A DNA stretch of 64,000 nt from contig CAIJXH010000002.1 in the NCBI GenBank assembly GCA_903824595.1, forward strand, positions 7,209-71,208, given 5' to 3'. The DNA is from an uncultured bacterium. GTDB lineage: Bacteria; Patescibacteriota; Minisyncoccia; Phycocordibacterales; UBA2100. Positions 37,498-46,904 of this stretch are shown here, piece after piece. Numbering within the stretch: the first letter of the stretch is position 1; each line of letters starts with the position of its first letter. Under the pieces are notes generated by a model. The model saw only the letters and a list, made by a program, of their open reading frames with translations. It did not search any database and was not told the origin of the DNA. The translations under genes were made by a program, and so were the position numbers.

Positions 37498-39095
37498 TAT
37501 CCAGATAAGGGTAGATCAACAGTAAACACCGCACCCTTGCCATCACCTGGAGAACTGGCAGATATATGCCCACCAAATCTTTCTACTATTCCTTTTGCTA
37601 AATACATGCCATTTCCTGTTGATTCAGGATTATCGTCACGACTGCGGGCATCATGACCGCCTTTCGTAAATAGAATCCTCATTGTCTCTCGTGATATTCC
37701 TTTGCCTGTGTCACTTACAGAGAATATTGCTCTGTCACCAATTTTTTCAACAACCACACGCACAGACCCACTCGCGGTGTAGTGCCATGCATTCTCTAAA
37801 AGAGCGAAAACCACGTGCAAACTAAGAGCAGTTTCATCGACGTCGACCATGATTTGTTCTGTTGGCACCTGTACTGCAAATTCAATTCCTTTTCGCTCGA
37901 ACAATCTCCGCATAACTGCACATTGGTTTCTTACAACATCTACTAAATCGATTTTTTCTAATTCGAAACGCAAAGCACCTTTATCAAAGTCAACAGCAGC
38001 AATCGTCGCCACCATGAGCTTATTTCCACGCATCGCGTCATCTTCTCTCTCCTCGGCGTATTTCTGCTGTTCTAATGCAGAAGACTTGTCTCTCGCGAGC
38101 TTTCCGTACCCGATCCACGCTCGATACAAGAAGTTCTTGGCGCCATGACTGATGACACTAAGAAGATATTTTTGTCCTTTATTTGCCTTATCGAGCTCAT
38201 TCGCCATTTTATCGAAGAAGAACGCGAGAATCGAAAACAGGATGATTGTAATCGCTATAACAACGCGCATTGTATGAAAATCTCTCACGACGAATAATGT
38301 TGAAGAGATAGCGACAACCATCGCTACAAGAATCGCTCGAGTACCCAGAAGACGAAGCTTGAATATTTGAAATCGTACGATCGTATACACGAGAAACGCG
38401 AGAAAGCTCACCATTCCAAGAGAGCCTATAAAGCTGATCTGCTGAATTCTAGTAATTTGACCAATGATATTGGATCCGAAAAATAGACTTAGAAAAGCAA
38501 CTATTCCACATGTAGTAAACATAATCTCTCCACTAAACGCATCTCGATCTTTGGTAGAACGATATCGAAAAATACCTAGCATGATAATGTAGATTATCGC
38601 CACAACCTCAAGAAAATACATCAAGTAGAAAAGAAACCCAGGCACACCCTCACAGCTATCCAAATCATACGAAGTGATGTTGAAAGTGGTCGGCAACAGC
38701 AAAAAGACCGCAGCCATAATCCCCATACACAACGATTTGAGCCATCGAGGTATGTCTGCATGATTCTTATCCGTTACAACATGTGAAAAACATACTGAAA
38801 ATATGAAAATTGGCACCTCGAATACAGGGGTAAGCTGCCACGCAAAGTGCAAGACATCGTTGTACGACGTCACCCACAGTACAAGAATATCCAACACCCA
38901 AAGCGCAAAAAAGGAAGTGATTCCAAATAAAAGCCTCGATGGTAAGGAATGCCTGTCTTTACTGAATACATATGCGCCAAGAAAGACTGAAATAATAATG
39001 ACGGGAACATAGGTATAGAAAAGAAGCGTTGGCGCGGTAGAGAAATCAAAAATAAGAAAAGACGGGATTTCGGTACCACAGATTAATGGATTCAT
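37497..39095 (-). CDS. sensor histidine kinase with multi-TM N-terminal domain
   Basis: Multiple TM helices, SH box, LLENAWHYT, DTGKGI, STGNGM, GKGAVF. Confidence 0.9.
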   Translation of the reverse strand: MNPLICGTEIPSFLIFDFSTAPTLLFYTYVPVIIISVFLGAYVFSKDRHSLPSRLLFGITSFFALWVLDILVLWVTSYNDVLHFAWQLTPVFEVPIFIFSVCFSHVVTDKNHADIPRWLKSLCMGIMAAVFLLLPTTFNITSYDLDSCEGVPGFLFYLMYFLEVVAIIYIIMLGIFRYRSTKDRDAFSGEIMFTTCGIVAFLSLFFGSNIIGQITRIQQISFIGSLGMVSFLAFLVYTIVRFQIFKLRLLGTRAILVAMVVAISSTLFVVRDFHTMRVVIAITIILFSILAFFFDKMANELDKANKGQKYLLSVISHGAKNFLYRAWIGYGKLARDKSSALEQQKYAEEREDDAMRGNKLMVATIAAVDFDKGALRFELEKIDLVDVVRNQCAVMRRLFERKGIEFAVQVPTEQIMVDVDETALSLHVVFALLENAWHYTASGSVRVVVEKIGDRAIFSVSDTGKGISRETMRILFTKGGHDARSRDDNPESTGNGMYLAKGIVERFGGHISASSPGDGKGAVFTVDLPLSG

Positions 39096-39161
39096 ATCGC
39101 GATATATAGCATTACGCACCTCAATGTACCACAAACAAACCTCTCATGGTATAGTGAAAAT

Positions 39162-39293
39162 ATGCGGAATGGGAACATGTGGCTACTAGTGGCGCTATTG
39201 ACACTTGGTTTCGCTTCCATTTGCTTTACCTACTATCAGACGATAGTCCAACGATCATATCTTAGCGTCCACAATGGCGACTTTGGCGGCTAG
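39162..39293 (+). CDS. 43-aa single-TM small protein (not in ORF track)
   Basis: MRNGNMWLLVALLTLGFASICFTYYQTIVQRSY...; TGGTATAGT extended -10 six nt upstream. Confidence 0.5.
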   Translation: MRNGNMWLLVALLTLGFASICFTYYQTIVQRSYLSVHNGDFGG

Positions 39294-39682
39294 ACAGTTT
39301 GATGATATTTTACCCCTCGCTCAATATAATTCTTCTCAACTTCTTTGCAATCGAAATAATTTTTCACAAACTCTTCTATATTGCCAGCTGAAAATTTCCC
39401 ACAAGAATACACATCAATAGAAATAAAGTTTTTCGGAGCCAGTGTGTGAATCTGAATCCCACTTTGTATGAGCGGTATCCAACCAGACAACCCCGCCAAT
39501 TCAGGATATTGAACCGCGTCACTCCTGAAAATAAACGGTGGCGATTGTTTGTTCATTTTGAGCCGCACGACTAGATCCTCAAGAAATTGGTAGCACAAAT
39601 TCAAATCATCGCACACACCAGGTCGACAACCGTACAAATCAAGGGTTAGCAAATATCCAAACGGCTTTTCTGCAGTTTCCAT
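39290..39682 (-). CDS. S-adenosylmethionine decarboxylase family (pyruvoyl) protein
   Basis: LTLDLYGC, GLSG, IQSGIQIHT, IDVYSC, ERG. Confidence 0.85.
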   Translation of the reverse strand: METAEKPFGYLLTLDLYGCRPGVCDDLNLCYQFLEDLVVRLKMNKQSPPFIFRSDAVQYPELAGLSGWIPLIQSGIQIHTLAPKNFISIDVYSCGKFSAGNIEEFVKNYFDCKEVEKNYIERGVKYHQTV

Positions 39683-39730
39683 GGTTGGATTGTAACAAAT
39701 CTATGGTATCAAACAACATCAAAAGTATCT

Positions 39731-40657
39731 CTAGCTGCGTATACGTACAGTGTATTTTTTGAGAAAAGCACAAGGCTCATAGCTTAGTTTCGATTTTCGC
39801 AATCCCAGATTCCCTAAATCTTGCTCCCAGTTCCAAACGGCAATACCCTGTGCCTGTAAATGAACCGCCACTCTATTCGCTAAAAATTCATAAATTCCTT
39901 TGTACATCAGATCGGCTTTCCAGTATTGACCTAAACATATTCCCTGTCCAACGATTTCATCGATTGTGAACGCTTGCATTTCCCCACCAATGAAGACGCC
40001 ACCAACAAGCAATGAGTGGGACGACGCAGTCTGCAGTAAACGCTCCAAAGAGGTTTCCTCATGTTCCAAAAAATATTCTTTGTTCGAGGATTTTTTACTA
40101 TGTTCCCATCGCCGAATTACGGAGCGAATCGAGGCCTGTACGTTTGTATCAGCGAGATCGGCAAACTCAACTACTGCTCCAGAATTTTCTCTCATAAAGC
40201 GTTTTAGCATCTTCCTCTTTGATTCAAATTTTGCACCAGAATATTCTGCAATTTCAGGCACGGATAATAAGTATTCGAAACTGTCACGATCTTCTTCCAC
40301 CTCAAGATCAGATCTGTTTATCAAGAGCGCAGATATTTCTGGCACAAGCCGAAGCACGGGAGAGATTTTCATGCTTTCCGCAAATGTTATTAGATCTAAT
40401 GCTGTGTGTGTCGCATCATTATCTCCAAGAAACGAAAGGAATGGCTCCTCTGTATGATAATCGGAAAATTGTACTGCCAAATTTCCACGAAGGTCGGAAA
40501 TTTGTCTGGAGGAATTAGTGTCCCACGCCCACAGTGATGTAAAACCGAAATCAGAATATTGAGGAAATTTGCTTGTATATGATTCGATAATCTCGCGATC
40601 TGAAATTTCAATTTTTTTGAATTCAGGAAATCGAGGAAGTACTTGTTGCATAAACAC
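39731..40657 (-). CDS. DUF2156 / aminoacyl-phosphatidylglycerol synthase C-terminal-like transferase
   Basis: SDFGFTSLWAW, DSFEYL, KADL.YKGIY, NWEQDLGNLGLRKSKLSYEP. Confidence 0.85.
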   Translation of the reverse strand: MFMQQVLPRFPEFKKIEISDREIIESYTSKFPQYSDFGFTSLWAWDTNSSRQISDLRGNLAVQFSDYHTEEPFLSFLGDNDATHTALDLITFAESMKISPVLRLVPEISALLINRSDLEVEEDRDSFEYLLSVPEIAEYSGAKFESKRKMLKRFMRENSGAVVEFADLADTNVQASIRSVIRRWEHSKKSSNKEYFLEHEETSLERLLQTASSHSLLVGGVFIGGEMQAFTIDEIVGQGICLGQYWKADLMYKGIYEFLANRVAVHLQAQGIAVWNWEQDLGNLGLRKSKLSYEPCAFLKKYTVRIRS

Positions 40658-40670
40658 CTTTCATGCGTGA

Positions 40671-40988
40671 TTAGGCTAGAGACATTATTACAATAGACGC
40701 AGCTCCAAGCATCACTCCAAGCGCCACCATCAAACTCAATGACTCACCAAAAACAAATATCCCGATGAGCACAGTAACAATGAAGCTTGCAACCGACCAA
40801 ATTGGACCAACTATCGAGAGTAGATTCCTTTCAGTCAACGCCAATAGCCACACACCTCCTGCCGCCGCATATGCCGCTATGGCGACACTACCCCACATTG
40901 CGGACGGGTGAATGGCAAATTTCTTAGACGCATAATCGCCTACGGCATATACTACTATTGACACACCAATCCAAGACAAATAATTCAT
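40671..40988 (-). CDS. SMR/DMT-family four-TM transporter
   Basis: 105 aa, four TM helices, acidic residue in TM1 (GDY), PIWS, GIFVFGESLS. Confidence 0.8.
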   Translation of the reverse strand: MNYLSWIGVSIVVYAVGDYASKKFAIHPSAMWGSVAIAAYAAAGGVWLLALTERNLLSIVGPIWSVASFIVTVLIGIFVFGESLSLMVALGVMLGAASIVIMSLA

Positions 40989-41019
40989 AGCGAGTACTTG
41001 AGCAGCTACCAAAACAAGC

Positions 41020-41424
41020 CTATCCCTGTACCACCTTTTTATGCGCCACAATCTTTCTTATGTGTTCCAAAATTTCTGCAGGACTCATCGTTGATTTGAC
41101 TATATATCCACTCGCCCCAAGACTCGTCGCACGATCACACTCTTGCTGATTGTCATCATTGGTCAACGCAATCTTTATTGATCCAACTCCTAAATTTTCA
41201 TTTTTTAACTCTTCAAGAAATGTAAAGCCGTCCTTTTTAGGCATTTTTATATCGAAAACAATAATGTCTGGCTTGAATCCTGTTCGCAATGAATCCATCG
41301 CGTCATCGACATTTAATTTTGCCGTGACGTGCAGTCCGCCTTGAATAAATATCTCGGCAAGTGTATTTGCGAGCAACACATCATCATCAACCATCAAAAC
41401 ATCAATTCTCTTATCCTGATTCAT
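41020..41424 (-). CDS. single-domain response regulator
   Basis: MVDDD, PDIIVFDIKMPKKDG, LTN, GASGYIVK. Confidence 0.93.
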   Translation of the reverse strand: MNQDKRIDVLMVDDDVLLANTLAEIFIQGGLHVTAKLNVDDAMDSLRTGFKPDIIVFDIKMPKKDGFTFLEELKNENLGVGSIKIALTNDDNQQECDRATSLGASGYIVKSTMSPAEILEHIRKIVAHKKVVQG

Positions 41425-41465
41425 AAGTGGTGCTTTATATTGTTATTACATGTTTTTAGTATATT

Positions 41466-42287
41466 TCAGCTATTGCATTGCGGAACAACTGCAGATTTCG
41501 TTCGAATATCGTGCCATCCAAATTGGAGGTAAATCTTCCGAGTTACAAAACCAAGATACCCGAGAGCCATTAGACTTGTTCCTATTACCCCCATAATACT
41601 ATACGCATCGTGCGACAACGATAACAGCAACAAACTGAAATAAATACAAAACGTATCCGCCATCGAGACACTTTCTGTCAATGTACCGTAGAGAAACACC
41701 AGAGAAATCACAGCAATTAAAAACAAGACAACGCGTTCGATGAAAGATATTATTGGGATTTGTATATGCATCAATATTTGTATATGCATGAAGAACCATG
41801 AGAAAAGAAGTACGCATAGTGCCATAATCGCAGCAACATAACGACGTGTATTTGAATGAGAACCAGATCTATTACTCCCCATGACTCGAAGCAAATACAA
41901 CGCACCAACACAATACAAAAGCACGCTGATTCTTGCAGAAATAAGTAGAGCAAGGTTCTCCTCAATGACACCAGCGTAAACCGCAAATAACATTCCAGCA
42001 CCACTCATAACAAGTCCTGCTCCTGTTGTACGCAGACTATACATAACTTTCTCTGAAATATCACTCCATATACTACTTCGCCACATGATAACTACGCCAG
42101 ATATGATGTACGTCATCGCTAAGATGGACAAAAGGGCTATGGATGAGTGAATTTCTTCCCGCGCGAGCACGGTCAAGACAATTCCGCACATTGCCACACA
42201 GAACACTCGCTGATAATTATTTAGTCGATTTTGCTGAAAAACAAACATACCGTACCGAAATACTAGCATTGGCGAATTTTTTAGCAA
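41466..42287 (-). CDS. multi-pass membrane protein
   Basis: About seven to eight hydrophobic segments; start uncertain. Confidence 0.6.
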   Translation of the reverse strand: MLKNSPMLVFRYGMFVFQQNRLNNYQRVFCVAMCGIVLTVLAREEIHSSIALLSILAMTYIISGVVIMWRSSIWSDISEKVMYSLRTTGAGLVMSGAGMLFAVYAGVIEENLALLISARISVLLYCVGALYLLRVMGSNRSGSHSNTRRYVAAIMALCVLLFSWFFMHIQILMHIQIPIISFIERVVLFLIAVISLVFLYGTLTESVSMADTFCIYFSLLLLSLSHDAYSIMGVIGTSLMALGYLGFVTRKIYLQFGWHDIRTKSAVVPQCNS

Positions 42288-42352
42288 CCCTCCATGTGTG
42301 TATTCGTGTGCGTATAAGCGGCATCAAAGCGTACCACTGATGTAATAGTGAG

Positions 42353-42423
42353 CGGGCCCACAAGGATTCGAACCTTGATCAGCGGTTTTGGAGACCGCCA
42401 TTCTACCATTGAACTATAGGCCC
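42353..42423 (-). tRNA. tRNA-Trp(CCA)
   Basis: GGGCCTA/TGGGCCC acceptor stem, anticodon loop CTCCAAA; CCA end not encoded. Confidence 0.95.
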
Positions 42424-42427
42424 TAGA

Positions 42428-42524
42428 GAGGATCGAAAATGAACATCACCATTCATTTTCTCCGAACGAAGAGTCTATACGATCCTCATGTATGGACTCC
42501 GATGTTCCTCGATGATCCGAGGAA
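42428..42524 (-). ncRNA. candidate structured RNA (pseudoknot plus two hairpins) between rpmG and tRNA-Trp
   Basis: Four complementary segment pairs of 7-10 bp in under 100 nt. Confidence 0.35.
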
Positions 42525-42536
42525 TGAGACAGTATA

Positions 42537-42695
42537 CTACTTTTTTGATTCTTTGTGTTTTGTCTGTTTTTTGCACCACTTGCAGAACTTTTGAAGCTCG
42601 ATTTTACGAGTAACCAGTTTGCGATTCTTTCGTGACCAATAGTTGATGCGCGAACATTTCCCGCATGCGATTTTTATGAGCTGGTCTTGTGACAT
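42537..42695 (-). CDS. rpmG: 50S ribosomal protein L33 (not in ORF track)
   Basis: MSQDQLIKIACGKCSRINYWSRKNRKLVTRKIELQKFCKWCKKQTKHKESKK. Confidence 0.95.
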   Translation of the reverse strand: MSQDQLIKIACGKCSRINYWSRKNRKLVTRKIELQKFCKWCKKQTKHKESKK

Positions 42696-42761
42696 ACGAT
42701 ATATACAGAAATATACAGGGCTTGAGCTGCCTCGTCAAATGGATCAGACACTCGCAATTTT

Positions 42762-43163
42762 TTAGCAGATTTTATTCCACGGACCAAACCCTGCGCCTTG
42801 ATTGAACAGCGCTCTTATGATCGTGTCAACAACAAGCCACGCAGAGAGCACAATCACAAGCCCGATTGCCACATTGGTGAAGATGCTTTTCGCCTTTGCA
42901 GCAGCTCCCGTATCACCTCCTGCCATCAAATACACCCATCCTGCATACGCAAACAACACCGAGGACAGGAAAACCACCATGTAAATACCCGTATTGACCA
43001 CATGCTGCGCCGTGTTCGCAAGCTCACATATAGTACATGCGGTGCCGCCTCCCACGCTCGTCCCATCACAGGTGACAATTCTACTACTCATATCGGATGC
43101 AAATCCAAGCATCGGGATGAAATAGGATACCAAACACGCAACAGCAGCACGTGCACGATTCAT
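42762..43163 (-). CDS. TrbC/VirB2-like pilin
   Basis: Signal peptide, Cys motif, FAYAGWVYLMAGGD..AKAK...IGLVIVLSAWLVV. Confidence 0.8.
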   Translation of the reverse strand: MNRARAAVACLVSYFIPMLGFASDMSSRIVTCDGTSVGGGTACTICELANTAQHVVNTGIYMVVFLSSVLFAYAGWVYLMAGGDTGAAAKAKSIFTNVAIGLVIVLSAWLVVDTIIRALFNQGAGFGPWNKIC

Positions 43164-43210
43164 GCAAACTATTGTAACATGAACAAAGATGCTGCATACT
43201 GTACGCGTGC

Positions 43211-43294
43211 GCGTCGGTGGCAGAGCGGTCAAATGCATCGCGCTGTAGACGCGACGGACTTTGTCCTACGGGGGTTCGAATCCCTCCCGGCGCA
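43211..43294 (+). tRNA. tRNA-Tyr(GTA)
   Basis: Anticodon loop CTGTAGA, long variable arm; CCA not encoded. Confidence 0.95.
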
Positions 43295-43300
43295 CTGTAT

Positions 43301-43326
43301 AAGACCCTGCTTTGCGGGGTCTTTTT
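43301..43326. terminator. intrinsic terminator
   Basis: AAGACCCTGC-ttt-GCGGGGTCTTTTT. Confidence 0.8.
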
Positions 43327-43368
43327 ACGTCGCATGCACACGTGTCACCCTTGGCAACACATGCGGTT

Positions 43369-46074
43369 TTATGTCCTTGCCGCACTACGAGCGCGAACAC
43401 CTCGCTCTCGCACATGACCTTTGCGCACGTCGAACGTAAAATCGCCCGACCCATCTTTGCCGCCCTTAGCATCAAAGCCAACAACGACCGATCCTCCTTC
43501 CATCACGCCACGAGCAACCATCATATTGGCAACCGGAGTCAATATCTTTGTCTGTATGAGTCGTTTGAGCGGGCGAGCACCGTACTGTGAGCTATACCCT
43601 TCACTCGCCAACCGATCGAGTGCCGCATCGGTAAACGACAGAGCAATATGCTTATCTTCGAGGCGTTTTGCGACAATGGAAGTTTGCATTCGCACGATAT
43701 CTTTTATTGCATGAGTTGAGAGAATATCGAACAAAATAATCTCATCAAGACGATTGAGAAATTCGGGACGGAAATATTCTTTGAGCGCACCCATAACCTT
43801 GCTTTTCACTTGTTCGTAACGTTCTCCTTCAGTGCGAGAATGTCCGCTCGCAAATCCGAGTCCCGACATATTATCTATGTATTCTGCCCCAATGTTTGAC
43901 GTCATTATTATGACGCTGTTCTTGAAATTTACTACTCGTCCTTTCGCGTCGGTGAGACGTCCATTATCAAGCACTTGCAGCAAGATATTGAAAACTTCTG
44001 GATGTGCTTTTTCAATTTCATCGAACAGAATAACAGAATACGGACGATGACGCACAAGCTCGGTTAGTCCCCCGCCATCATCGTGACCAACATATCCTGG
44101 CGGCGAACCGATCATCTTCGACACTGAATGTTTTTCCATGTACTCCGACATATCCACACGAATAAGCGATGAATCGCTATTGAACAAAAATTCCGCGAGT
44201 GCGCGAGTGAGCTCGGTCTTTCCAACTCCAGTCGGACCGAGGAATAGGAATGATCCCACGGGACGATTTGGGTCGGATATCCCGGCGCGACTGCGCTTGA
44301 TCGCGTCAGACACTTTTTGCACCGCCTCTTCCTGCCCCACAATACGCTGCTTGAGCACGAGTTCCATGCGAGACAACTTTTCCGCTTCTTCTTCAAGCAT
44401 GCGCGATACAGGCACCCCGGTCCAACGCGACACGACACCCGCAATATCCTCGCCGGTAATGTCTTCTCGCAATACACGGCGCGTCTGCTGGAGTTTCTTC
44501 AAGCGTTTTGTAGCAGTCTCAATAGCGCGCTCAAGAGAAGGTATTGTCGCGTAGCGAATTTCAGCAGTCTTCGTGAGATCGGCAATGGCTTCAGATGCGT
44601 CTGCATCGATACGCGCACGCTCAAGCTCACCCTTTGCTTTCTTTATTTCGGCAAGCGTATCTTTTTCATTTTTCCATTTCAGCTCAAGTTCGCGCGAACT
44701 ATCTCGCAGATCGGCTATTTCTTTCTCGATTCCTTGCACGCGTACACGCGCCACGCCATTTTCTGCTTCCGCTTCCTTTTTTAGAGCTTCTTTCTCAATC
44801 TCAAGACGCATTATTTTGCGATGCGCTTCTTCAAGGACAGGCGGCTTATTTTCAAGCGACAATCGCAATGCCGATGCCGCCTCATCGATGAGATCTATCG
44901 CCTTGTCGGGCAAAAATCGTTCAGTTATATATCGGGATGAGAGCTGCACGGCAGCTTGAATGGCGTCGTCGGTAATGTGTACGCCATGGTACAGCTCGTA
45001 GCGCTCTTTGAGACCTCGCAAAATCGCAATCGCATCCTCAATAGTCGGCTCATTCACGTATACGGGCTGGAATCGTCGAGTAAGCGCGGGATCATGCTCA
45101 ATATGTTTCTGATATTCCTTGAGCGTCGTCGCTCCAATGACGCGCACTTCGCCGCGCGCAAGCGCAGGCTTGAGCATATTACTCGCATCCATAGAACCTT
45201 CTGCCGCACCCGCTCCTACTAACGTATGCATTTCGTCGATGAACAGAATGATTTTCCCTTCGGAGCGCTCGACTTCTCGCATGACCGCTTTCAGACGCTC
45301 TTCAAATTCACCGCGATATTTCGTACCCGCGATCAAAAGCCCAAGATCAAGCTGTATGACCTCTTTGCCTCGCAATGATTCAGGAACATCGCCCGAAGCG
45401 ACTCGTTGAGCCAATCCTTCTGCGACCGCCGTCTTTCCCACTCCCGCCTCCCCAATGAGAATTGGATTGTTCTTGGTACGACGCGACAGTATTTGAATGA
45501 CACGCGTTATTTCAGTATCGCGACCAATAACAGGATCAAGCTTGTTTTCGCGAGCGCGCTCTGTGAGCGATCGCGCGAATCTCGACAAAGCCCTAGGTTT
45601 TTTCGGCTCCTCCACGTCGCGAATTTTTCCTTCTTTTATGTCTGAAAGTACGCGCGCAAGCGCCGCACGATCAACTTTGAATCGCAACAAAACATCTCCG
45701 GCAGGACCGGGGTTTTCTGTGACGGCAAGCAGCAAATGTTCGGGAGACACAAATTGCTCATTGAAACTCGCCGCTATGCGTGGCGCCGCCTCAAACACGC
45801 GCACCAATTCTGGCGTGAGATACAGCTGAAAAGAGGGAGAGACCGCGGTATTCCCTCCTCTGCCTTCTATCAATTCGAGTACCGAATCAACAAAATGTGG
45901 GACATCAATTTCTATCTGTTCAAGAATCGGCGCCACCATCGTTTCCTCTTGCATGATGAGCGCCGCAAGCATGTGTAGCGTAGACACTTGGTTGTGTCCA
46001 CGCTCCACGGCAAATTGATGCGCATGGTGAATCGCTTCTTTTGCTTTGGTCGTATAATTATTGAATGGTGTCAT
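43369..46074 (-). CDS. clpB: ATP-dependent chaperone ClpB
   Basis: [16 protein letters not shown], long middle coiled coil, [15 protein letters not shown]. Confidence 0.93.
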   Translation of the reverse strand: MTPFNNYTTKAKEAIHHAHQFAVERGHNQVSTLHMLAALIMQEETMVAPILEQIEIDVPHFVDSVLELIEGRGGNTAVSPSFQLYLTPELVRVFEAAPRIAASFNEQFVSPEHLLLAVTENPGPAGDVLLRFKVDRAALARVLSDIKEGKIRDVEEPKKPRALSRFARSLTERARENKLDPVIGRDTEITRVIQILSRRTKNNPILIGEAGVGKTAVAEGLAQRVASGDVPESLRGKEVIQLDLGLLIAGTKYRGEFEERLKAVMREVERSEGKIILFIDEMHTLVGAGAAEGSMDASNMLKPALARGEVRVIGATTLKEYQKHIEHDPALTRRFQPVYVNEPTIEDAIAILRGLKERYELYHGVHITDDAIQAAVQLSSRYITERFLPDKAIDLIDEAASALRLSLENKPPVLEEAHRKIMRLEIEKEALKKEAEAENGVARVRVQGIEKEIADLRDSSRELELKWKNEKDTLAEIKKAKGELERARIDADASEAIADLTKTAEIRYATIPSLERAIETATKRLKKLQQTRRVLREDITGEDIAGVVSRWTGVPVSRMLEEEAEKLSRMELVLKQRIVGQEEAVQKVSDAIKRSRAGISDPNRPVGSFLFLGPTGVGKTELTRALAEFLFNSDSSLIRVDMSEYMEKHSVSKMIGSPPGYVGHDDGGGLTELVRHRPYSVILFDEIEKAHPEVFNILLQVLDNGRLTDAKGRVVNFKNSVIIMTSNIGAEYIDNMSGLGFASGHSRTEGERYEQVKSKVMGALKEYFRPEFLNRLDEIILFDILSTHAIKDIVRMQTSIVAKRLEDKHIALSFTDAALDRLASEGYSSQYGARPLKRLIQTKILTPVANMMVARGVMEGGSVVVGFDAKGGKDGSGDFTFDVRKGHVRERGVRARSAART

Positions 46075-46083
46075 AGGTGAGAT

Positions 46084-46887
46084 TTATTTTTTTATAGATC
46101 CGCTTCCTTTCGGAACACTTACCGCCACAAAAGCATTTCCCGATACTGCCCGCGATATCTCGGTACTCATTCCCACAAGGTCTCCATTGTCGTTGATGAG
46201 GGGTGAGCCATACATAATAGCGCCTTCGGGCAGATCAGTTTCTACTATATCACCACTCCCTTGACGCGGCACTATCGACGTAACCATGCCGCCATTGACA
46301 CGCGGGATTGTCTTACCGTTCAGCGCCACAACACTCTCGGCAAGTTTCGCTCGCGCGGGAGCAATCGTGGCAGGTACCCATGCGATAGGTTTGGCACCCG
46401 TCTCGATGGTCGAGGTTGAAACTCGCAAGAACGCATATCCGTTTGAGTCATCACGCGCGACGACAAATAATCGAAGACGCGACCCATCTCCAAAAACAGC
46501 GACCGCATCTCCATATGCTCCCAATGCCGCGGTATCGGATATCACCCCACCCGACTCAACGACAACACCAAGCCCCAGAAACAACGGGTCAGTACTGTCT
46601 GAAGAATATAATCGCACGACGCTTGGCGAAAAATCCGCCACTGATTGCGTCATCAGATCACTCTCTTTTATGAGCATCGTTTTCGTCTGTCCTGCCGACG
46701 CTGTCTGCGTCGTCGGAACAATTCTTTCGATCGTGTGTTCCACCACACGATTGACAGTCTGGGCAATCGCGGGCGGCGCTTTTTCCATCAACGAAACCGT
46801 GACTATTCCAGTCGCGATGGAGGTCACAAATGTAACCAACAAAGTCAACAATACGACTTGGGATTTCGAGAGTTGTTCTATATCCAT
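46084..46887 (-). CDS. membrane-anchored trypsin/HtrA-like protein, catalytic motif degenerate
   Basis: N-terminal TM, PSVVRL, GLGVVV, GSPLINDNGDLVGM; GNSGG absent. Confidence 0.7.
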   Translation of the reverse strand: MDIEQLSKSQVVLLTLLVTFVTSIATGIVTVSLMEKAPPAIAQTVNRVVEHTIERIVPTTQTASAGQTKTMLIKESDLMTQSVADFSPSVVRLYSSDSTDPLFLGLGVVVESGGVISDTAALGAYGDAVAVFGDGSRLRLFVVARDDSNGYAFLRVSTSTIETGAKPIAWVPATIAPARAKLAESVVALNGKTIPRVNGGMVTSIVPRQGSGDIVETDLPEGAIMYGSPLINDNGDLVGMSTEISRAVSGNAFVAVSVPKGSGSIKK

Positions 46888-46904
46888 ACGTATGGGCGAG
46901 TATA

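Noticed and set aside
37497-42353. Prophage or integrative element at tRNA-Trp
   Set aside because: No integrase, phage genes or duplicated tRNA 3' end found by eye; kept only as a compositional island.
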